From Selaginella moellendorffii (taxonomy: Eukaryota; Plantae; Lycopodiophyta), in the NCBI RefSeq assembly GCF_000143415.4, contig NW_003314305.1, forward strand, positions 1,028,027 to 1,092,026: 64,000 bases of DNA, read 5' to 3'. The notes beneath the pieces were generated by a model. It searched no databases, had not been told where the DNA came from, and saw only the letters and a list, made by a program, of their open reading frames with translations. This document shows, in pieces, positions 55,673-64,000 of the stretch (position 1 is the stretch's first letter; the number at the start of each line of letters is the position of its first letter). A program made the position numbers and the translations under genes.

Positions 55673-56840
55673 ATGGCGAGGAGGGTTCGTGTCGAGGAGG
55701 GGGAGAATGGCGCTGCTGCTGACGGCGGCGAGGTTGAGGCGCCGCGCCTCCGTGCGAATCCCGCGCTTACCATGGAGGCCCAGGAGCCATTCATGGGTGT
55801 CAAGGTCCGGCGCCGGTCTTCCATGTATCGCCAGTTCCAGGGGGATTACATCAACGTCGCGGGGAATCAGCACATTCTCAAGCTTCTCACCAAGCAAGGT
55901 ATGAATTCTTGCCCGGATTTGTCCCGTGGAGCTGGATTTCTAGTTTTTCTTCGAGTGCTCTTACTTGGGAGTTCCTGGAGGGTGTGATAATTTCGATTTT
56001 GATAGAAGCTCTTTCTTGCGTGCTCTTGTTTTTATCTTGTTTGGAAAGCGTGAAAGGCTTGTTTTTGTCGTTGTTCTTGCGTGCTTTCATCTCAGATTCC
56101 ACTTTTTTTTCCTCTCTCTTTTGCATCCATTTTCCTGGATGGTGCGATGCCCGATTTTGCTAGAAAACGTGAAAAGTTTTTTTTTTCCTTCGTCTTTTCC
56201 TTTCTCTTTTTTCTTTTTCTTCTTTGGATCCATTTTTTAGTTCCTGGACCTTTTTTTTTCTCCTTTTTCTCTTCTTTGGATCCATATTGAGTTCCTGGAT
56301 GTTTGTCTTGATTTTGCTCCAGGTGACAGACAAGTATTGTTTGCGGATAACGTGATCAAAGTGAACCGCCGATCCAAAGTTCGCAAGCGCGTCCTTCTCA
56401 TCACAGATGTGGCTCTCTACAGCCTTGACGCGGATTGGTTCACACTCAAGCGCCGAATCTCCCTCTCAGCCATCGAGAAAGTCCTCCTCAGCGAGCTCAA
56501 CGACAATTTCTTCGCCTTGTCCGTGTCAACCGAGTACGATTGCCTCTTCGCCAGCACGCACAAGACCGAGATCGTTACCATCCTCCAGGAGGCCACGAGA
56601 AAGCTCGACACACCGCTCGAAGTTTGCTTCTCGAATCGGTCAGTTGTTTCATTCGCTTTCCATCGTTCTATGCATTGAGCAGAGAGCTTCGGCAGCTTCG
56701 AGTACTACATGGACTCGGAAAATATCCGCGAAGTTATCTTCGAAGAAGTCCCAGGTATGGATTGACAAGGTCGGTCTGTGGGATTGTTCTCACGGCGAGA
56801 ATTTTTAGGTGGCGTGAAAACTACGTTCGTCAACAAGTGA
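55673..56840 (+). CDS. Stand-alone myosin tail-homology-1 (TH1) domain protein, 4 exons
   Basis: GVKVRRRSSMYRQFQGDYI..VLFADNVIKVNRRSKVRKRVLLITD..LKRRISL..LSELNDNFF. Confidence 0.88.
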
Positions 56841-57940
56841 GATCACATTCTTTTTGGGACTTCCTTTGAAAACAAAAGCACGAAGATAAAGGAAGGAACG
56901 CACACAAGGCACAAATGCTTTGCAACTGTTGTGTATTTTGATGATTTTGTTGCAGGCTGCCAAGATCGCACTACTACCATTACAGAAGCTCCGTGCTATG
57001 ATGAGGGAAGAGTTTGATACTTTTCATTATCCCTCAGTCAGATGATTGAATATTCATTGATCACCCTTAAATGTTCTTGCCAACTTAACCTTCTCAAGCA
57101 TCCCATTTCACCTTACTTTGCGCATGACTGGCGCGGAACTGAGGTTCCAGGAGGATGTTTTTGACAAGCTAGGCCATCTTCGCAACCTTAAGTTCTTTTC
57201 ACTAGAGGCAACGAGATATTTTGTCATTAAAGTAAATCTAAAATATGCTCAAACCTCACTTTTAGTTCACTATACTAATTTCAATCCTCCACTAGCTTCT
57301 TCTTTCTCTTCTAGTCATTTGATTCCAAGAGAATTTTCATCCATTACCTTGCACTCCTTCCAGTGTCGTGCCCTCTTGGGGATCTGATCCAGCACCTCCT
57401 CTTCATCCACATTAGAGTTTCTCACAAATCTCTATCAAAATGGTTTTTGCCACAACACCGGGAAGCCATCGCTCATGGCAACAAAGAGTAGCCTCTCCTC
57501 GAGCTTGTATCTCCCTTCAATATCTGTCCTCAAGCCCTTACAACAGGGCTTTTCTTGTTCTCTAGTGAGTCGTTTCATCTCCCTCTTGAGCACTTCTCCA
57601 CTCTAACCACTATTTACTTTTCTAGCATAGATCTGTAGTGCACGAATAATCAGCGGTCTATTCCTATAGTTGTCTTTGGCATTGTCGCTAAAAGGTGGCG
57701 AGAAGTTAAAAGAAAATTAAAAGATTAGCATAAGGCATTGACTTTTACAATGCTTTGATAAGTAGTCAAAAGGCAGTTCCTCTCGCTAACACATTTTAAG
57801 CGAGTGATAGAGTGGTGGATTGGGTGTGCTCTTGGCGCTGATTTATATTGTTCTGTACATATTCTCACTCTTAGATTTGTATATTAATTTTAAGTTTAAT
57901 TGCCAAGAGAGCAGCGAAGTTTTGAAAACTATATAATATG

Positions 57941-59168
57941 TCAAAGGAAAAGTTTGGGATGGAAGGAGGGATGGAAGGGAACAAAAGCCGGCATTTGTTT
58001 CTTTGAACTTCTACTGCTACGCAACGTTCCAGATGCCAAATCAAAGATGCAGCTCCACCTATAACGAAAGAGCAGTGTCACCTCCGTAGTGTGTTCATTT
58101 CCAGCAGCCACCATGAAGATTCTTCCGGGCTTTTTGATCAATTTGGGAATTTTAACAGTGCCCAAGCTCAAGGATGCCATTGCCCGCCAGCTGCAACTCT
58201 CCTCGTCCAGATACACAAAACAAACCCTGAGGGTTCTAACGTCTGTGTTTCTGTCATGTGTTTCGAGCATGCCAATCACTATCTTCCCTGCAAAATCAAA
58301 GTCGTCAGCATATACAAAACAACTCTTTTTCCTTACCTCCACTTGAGATGAGGGACATGTCCACCTCGTACCAAGGTTGCCGTTCAAATCCCAAGGGAAG
58401 ATTATTCCAGGTTGCCAGAGTTCGAAGGGTGGCCTTAGGGTTCCACACGTTGAACGATTTAAGCCTCCTCACATTGCCCGGTGAAACAGTTAAAAAGTAC
58501 AAGTGATCGTTCTGGAGCAGCATGCAGTTGTTGGAATAGTTGATGGAATTCATTCTGACACCGCATACGAGGTCTTCATCCTCCTGGACAGGGGTGAATT
58601 CCGTAGAAGATATCCACGCCGCGGCCCTCGAATCGTACAGGTGGAACACCATGACCCCATAGCTGGTCTCTATGGTCACGACTACAACAAACCATGATCC
58701 AGAGGGTGGTGCCGACTGAATAGCAGCGAAGATCATTTCGTGATCACCCTCCAGCATCGGACACCCCAGTTCTCGCCTCGTCTGTTGTAGCGGATTCAGC
58801 ACCACAAAATATCTCGCAAACGTCGAGTCATAGCTCAGTACCAAGCCTGCCGAGCAAGTGCTCAAGGCAAAGATCCGGGCTTCCCTTGGAAGGGGGAGAG
58901 TGAACTCCTTCCAGGAGATGGCGTTGGGCGAGATGAGAAACTTGCCATAGACGTCGCCAAGGGCAATGTACCACTGCTGCCGCGGTGGCTGCTGCTGGAT
59001 TGCTGCGCACCAATCCTTGGAGAGGGAGCGGAAGCGGCAGAGCGTGGGGAACGGGAGGAAAGTGATGAGGCGGTGTTGGATGTCCTGGGGAAGCCGCGAC
59101 CAGATTGAGGGATCCAGTTTCCTGCTTTTCTTCTTGTCTATCATGCCATCCCAGTTCCTATTCGCCAT
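57941..59168 (-). CDS. F-box protein (2 exons)
   Basis: IWSRLPQDIQHRLITFLPFPTLCRFRSLSKDW; a GT-AG intron at ~58288-58337 joins the two ORFs in frame. Confidence 0.88.
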
Positions 59169-59195
59169 ACCTTAACCTAAACTTTGCTAAAAGTT

Positions 59196-59490
59196 CATAT
59201 GCTTCAAGGTTTTTCGAATCTCTAAACAATTCTAGAATTTTGCTTGGAATCCTTATAATTTCTAGAAGAAGATAACAAACATACCCAACTCCACAACCCC
59301 TAGAACATATGGCATTGGATTTACAAACTTATGCAGATAGCAAGCTTGACACAACAAATCAATCATACATCTGAAGTGCTGGTGTGTGACTTTAATTTGG
59401 TAGTCCAAACCCATGGACACAACGATTGTCTTCCCAAGCATTAAGTTTTTTTTTTCTCCACTACAAGCAGCTAACACAGAGAGGAAGCAT
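59196..59490 (-). pseudogene. PPR gene 3' (E-domain) fragment
   Basis: Homologous to 47885-48200 with indels. Confidence 0.8.
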
Positions 59491-59904
59491 ACTACTTTCT
59501 CTTTAATAAACACTTAGCTTTTCTTTGAGAGATTGGTTGAGGATCGTCAAGCAATGTACCTATACGTATTTGTGGCAAACAGCCCTTCTTTGCTCGAGAA
59601 GACAGAGAGCGCTTCCTTAGGGAGATACAAAGCGTTACTATCTACAAACAAACTTTCAGCTCTCATTTCATGACTTACGAACGAAGATACATGGATTTTA
59701 TTCAGGTGTGGTGTTTTAGACGCCGAGTTGCGTCGAGTATACACTCACACGGTGTCGGCAAGAGTGAAGATTGGCAGAGAGATTTTCAGAAGGAAAAATC
59801 TTGGAACCATCCCAAAGACCAACACCAGGAGAGGTACTTAAGTAAAGATGATATAATTCATAGGACTGATTCATTTTTTTTCCCCTGGCAGTGTTTGTTG
59901 AGAA

Positions 59905-60345
59905 AAGTTCATACAAGGTAAACTAGTTTCGAAGTTTTGCGAGTATGTCATTTTTTTCCCCTTGAACTTTCATCAGTGCTTGCCAAAATTTTTGAGAAGA
60001 GCAGGAATCGTTTTGATGATATAACTCCTACAAGGTGAACTATTTTCAAGTTTTCGCAGATATTTTCTAGAACTTTCAGTGCTTGCAAAAGATTTTAGGA
60101 AGAACAACGAAGATCTCTAAGTTTCATTTCTAGTTCAAAATTTTCGTGAATGATTCATTTCTTTTACCCTTAACCTTCCAAACGATTTCGAGAAAAAAAG
60201 CTAAGATCTGCAAGGTAAACTAGTTCAAAGTTTCCGCGAATGATACAAGGTAAACTAGTTTCAAGTCTTCGCCAATGGCTCTTTTGCTTTTCAGTGCTTG
60301 CAAAAGATTCAGAGAAAATCTCTGTAACTTTCGTTTCGAGTTTTT
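59905..60345. repeat. Degenerate tandem repeat (~120-bp unit plus partial copies)
   Basis: CAAGGT(A/G)AACTA recurs at ~59914, 60030, 60211, 60246; TCAGTGCTTGC at ~59973, 60076, 60291. Confidence 0.6.
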
Positions 60346-60666
60346 CTTGAGTCGAAACGAATGACAAGTCTTTAGTGCGTTTGGATCGACGGTGGCGATT
60401 GGACGCCCTCGGACGGTGGAGATGCTTCCAATATCAAGGCCACTTAGTTTTTTCCCCAGGGCTTTTGCGGGGAAGTGAAAGAGCGCCGGTCCTTCCGAGC
60501 CGAAGTCCAAGGAAGCAAAGGACGCGGATCCGGTGAGCTATAGCTCAGATCTTTGCGGCAACAGGCTTTAGGGTTTGGATTTGTAGCTAGGTTGTGGATT
60601 CCGCGGCAAATGCACCGGCGTTTGGCGCTGAAGTGAGTCTAGATCTTCCAATCCTCGTCCCCAGGC

Positions 60667-62202
60667 ATGGCGTCCCGCTACGATTCGAATCCATTCGATG
60701 AGGAAGACGTCAATCCCTTCTCGGTGAGAAATTCTAGGAAGAACAGATGGTCTGGAATTGATAGGTTTTTTTTTTCTTTCTTTCTTTCTTTCTACTCCAG
60801 GATCCGGCCGTGCGTGCTCAAATGACTGGGAAGCCATCCTATCTCGGCAACAATTTCTATGAATCGGTATGGCTAGAATTTTCTCCTTTCTCTCCTTTTT
60901 TCTCCTCGGGGATGCGAGCTTAGAGAAGAAAAACTTTTTTGTTCTTCCAGAAACCATATAATGTTCCTCAGGTGAATTCGATATCTCCGCTAGCACCGGA
61001 GCGTACCTCGGTGGGCGATGCTACCGTGGAAATTCCCTTGGGCAACATGAAGGTGAGCGAGACGAAAGCCACGCGACTGGGCTTAACTCTTTTTTCTCTA
61101 GGATCTCAAGAAGCGCGAGAAGGAACTGAAAGACAAGGAGGAACAACTTCGAAAGCGAGAAGCCGACGTGAAAAGGCGAGAGGATGCTGCTGCAAGAGGT
61201 TCTTTAGTGCTTTGTGTTCTTCGTTTTCTCCTCTTTGCTAACACTTCGGCTTTAACCAGCTGGTATTGTGTTGGAGGAGAAGAACTGGCCACGCTTTTTT
61301 CCGATCCTACACCATGACATTGCGGCTGATATCCCGGCCTACTTGCAGCGCATGCAGTACTTTGCTTACGGAAGCTGGCTCGGAATTCTCCTGTGCCTGA
61401 CATGGAACTTCATTTCCATCACCGGAGCCTGGATCCAGAAGACTGTCAGTGCCTCGTATGGTAATGGTTTTCTAAGCTTTTGGAAGCTTTGTGCTTACGA
61501 GCGTTCGTGTTTACAGGTGTGCAGATATGGTTTCTGGCCATCATCTACATCCTGGCAGGCTTTCCCGGATCATATTTCCTTTGGTACAGGCCCCTGTATC
61601 GGGCTATGAGGTGCGTTGGAGGCAATTGTCGTTTGCTAGCCACGAGGGAAATCACACGTTCCTTGCAGGTCAGAGAGTGCTCTTAAGTTCGGATGGTTCT
61701 TCATCGCGTATTTGGTACGTTGTTAGTGGCTTGATATGTTTTGTTAGCTTAGTAATGTGGTGTGCGTGCAGTTTCACATTTTGTTTTGCATCTTCTGCGC
61801 CGTCGCTCCTCCCATTGTGTTCAAAGGAAGATCATTGACGTAAGCGGCAATGTGTTATCTACTGCTATACTAATTCCATCTTTTATGCAGGGGCATTCTA
61901 CCAGCGATTCAGATCTTCTCTGACAGTGTCATAATCGGGGTATGTTTAGTGTTATAATATGTTCTCCTGTTATTGAGTCTTGGTTGAACAGATATTTTAT
62001 CTCGTTGGCTTTGGCCTTTTTGTCCTGGAATCTCTCCTCAGCCTATGGGTTCTCCGGGTAATACACTGCAATCTCAATCTACGTAAGAATCCTACTAATA
62101 ACTATGGCTTGGCAGGAGGTGTATGCGTACTTCCGGGGTACAGGCAAAGCGGCACAACTGAAGAGGGAGGCAGCACGCAACGTTGTAGGTGCTACAATTT
62201 AG
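60667..62202 (+). CDS. SCAMP: Secretory carrier-associated membrane protein
   Basis: [19 protein letters not shown] (NPF repeats), coiled coil, [32 protein letters not shown]. Confidence 0.95.
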
Positions 62203-62733
62203 AAGGGAAGGAAACTTTGGTGTAGTATGTATATGGGATCACATTTTTTGCCTGCACGCACCGATTCTGACCCTGTGGCTAAAGATGTAGTGGTTTTTTT
62301 CTTTTTCTTTTTTTTTTGTTGTGCTTTCTTTTTTGTTCAGGCGTTTTATAAATATAATAACCTTCCTTTGCTATACTACAGTGCTCTTCCGCCTTGACTC
62401 CACCAGAACATCCTTGTAAGGTAGCCTCTGTCATTTTGGTCATGTCGTGAAACTTACGTCCTTGTTTCTTTTTTGGCACAGTTTATCTGAGCTACGAGTA
62501 GACTTTAGAGCGAGTATCCACATGGTGGCATATACGATTGTCCGGCAGTGAAGCTGGCCAAACAGGAGCCGCAAGAATGAGGGTGCGGACAGGATACGTT
62601 GGGGTCGTCAACTATTCGTTTTAGACAATTACGTAGTCCGGTGGCAGCATGGTTGTGGACAAAAGACCAGGGCCCAGAGTAGAAGCTCCGCGCTGCTATA
62701 TAGATGGTGGTCAAGCTTCCCAAGCATTCGAAG

Positions 62734-63928
62734 ATGGCTCCTACTCAAGGCGGTACTCAAGGCGGTGTTGACTACAAGCTCACTACGTTTTTGCAAGGCT
62801 CTTTAACTCTGGATGACTACGTCTGGTCTCAAGAGGAGTGGCCAAAGGTTGCTTACAACGATTACAACGACGAGGACACCGTCCCCATCATCGATATCTC
62901 GTTGCTGAGGTCCGAGGATGCCGCAACCAGGTCAAAGGGGCTCAAGGATCTCATGGAAGCCGCCAGAGAGTGGGGATTCTTCCGGCTTGTTAACCACGGG
63001 GTTCTAAGCGATGTTACTGAAAAGCTGGAGTCGGACGGGAAGGAGCTCTTTGCTCTGCCGCTGGAGCAAAAGAAGAAGGCAGTGCGGCTTCCAGAGAGCA
63101 TAATTGGTTACTACTTTGGAGCCGAGTCCGTCTTCTCCAAAGCATGGCTGGAAGCGTTTCATTTCTCGGGTGACAAGGAGGTCACAGACAACATGATCCG
63201 GCAAGTTTCTCCCGAAAACTTTAATGAGCTAAGGTTAGCTTGTTTTTCATCTCGTTGTGCCTGTCTCACTTTTCTTTCCCAGTGCGAGCGTTCATAACTA
63301 CATCGATGCCTACCAAAAGCTCGCGATCGAGGTCGTCGAGCTCATGGCCATTGCGCTTGGACTGGAGCCTTCGACGTTTAGCAAGTACACTGCTACAAAA
63401 GGCGACAAGTCTACAGTTCGCGTTTGCTACTATCCGCCGTGTCCTCAGCCGCAGCAGACTCTGGGACAGCGTCCACACGCCGACCCGATCCTCATCACCA
63501 TCGTTCACCAAGACGACGTTGGCGGCCTCCAGATTCTCAAGAACAACCGATGGATCGCGGTCAAGCCCGAGCCTGGCACCGTGGTTGTCAACGTTGGAGA
63601 CACTCTCCAGGTAAGAAAGCCTCTCTTCTTCGTTGTATAGTTTCTCTCCTCTGATTCTTGGATTTACTCACAGGTGCTGAGCAATGACATCTATCCCAGC
63701 GTCCAGCACCAGGTTGTGCTCAACAGCGAGCGGAGCCGACTGTCCATGGCTTTCTTCCTCATCCCCGAGGCCAACGCTCTCATCGTCCCGGCAAAAGGGC
63801 TCGTGGACGACGAACATCCGGTGAGGCACCCACCTTTCATCTACAGGGACTATCGCAAATCTTATGGAGAGCGAAGAGCAGTCGGCAAGAGCCACCTTGA
63901 ATCGTTTTACACGCTCAAAGACGCATAG
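62734..63928 (+). CDS. 2-oxoglutarate/Fe(II) dioxygenase, DOXC class (3 exons)
   Basis: VPIIDIS..AAREWGFFRLVNHGV; YYPPCP..HADP..H..RLS; TATA-like CTATATA at ~62696. Confidence 0.93.
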
Positions 63929-64000
63929 GACGACTTATAGATAATTGTTCTACTTTGTTTTCCCATATACACTTTTGCTAATAGAAAAGAATAAGAAGTT

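Noticed and set aside
58288-58387. Frameshifted F-box pseudogene
   Set aside because: A canonical ~50-bp intron restores the frame

Overview
Eukaryotic plant nuclear DNA with compact genes and very short GT-AG introns. Intron size, PPR style and the peptidoglycan gene MurJ suggest a lycophyte such as Selaginella (inference). The left part (1-34 kb) is TE-rich. It starts with an intact 5S-rRNA-bearing Cassandra TRIM nested in a decayed Ty3/gypsy element. It then holds an ~11-12 kb direct duplication [gypsy remnant - tRNA-His pseudogene - SDR - tRNA-His - MCM3 pseudogene - spacer - AAA-ATPase]; the two copies differ by two micro-inversions and several insertions. Between the copies lie an intact 6-exon orphan gene (~594 aa, no family recognised) and a related pair of solo LTRs, one of them inside copy 2. 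The right part is gene-dense: RING-H2 E3 ligase, cyanobacterial-type MurJ (plus a 5' pseudogene copy), a third AAA-ATPase, a third SDR, a PLS-E PPR, a TGA bZIP, a stand-alone myosin-TH1 protein, an F-box gene, SCAMP and a DOXC 2OG-dioxygenase. Decayed duplicate fragments of PPR, TGA, F-box and kinase genes are interleaved. There are three assembly gaps (2078-2177, 32156-32300, 49056-49155). All alignments and gene models were made by eye; no searches were run.
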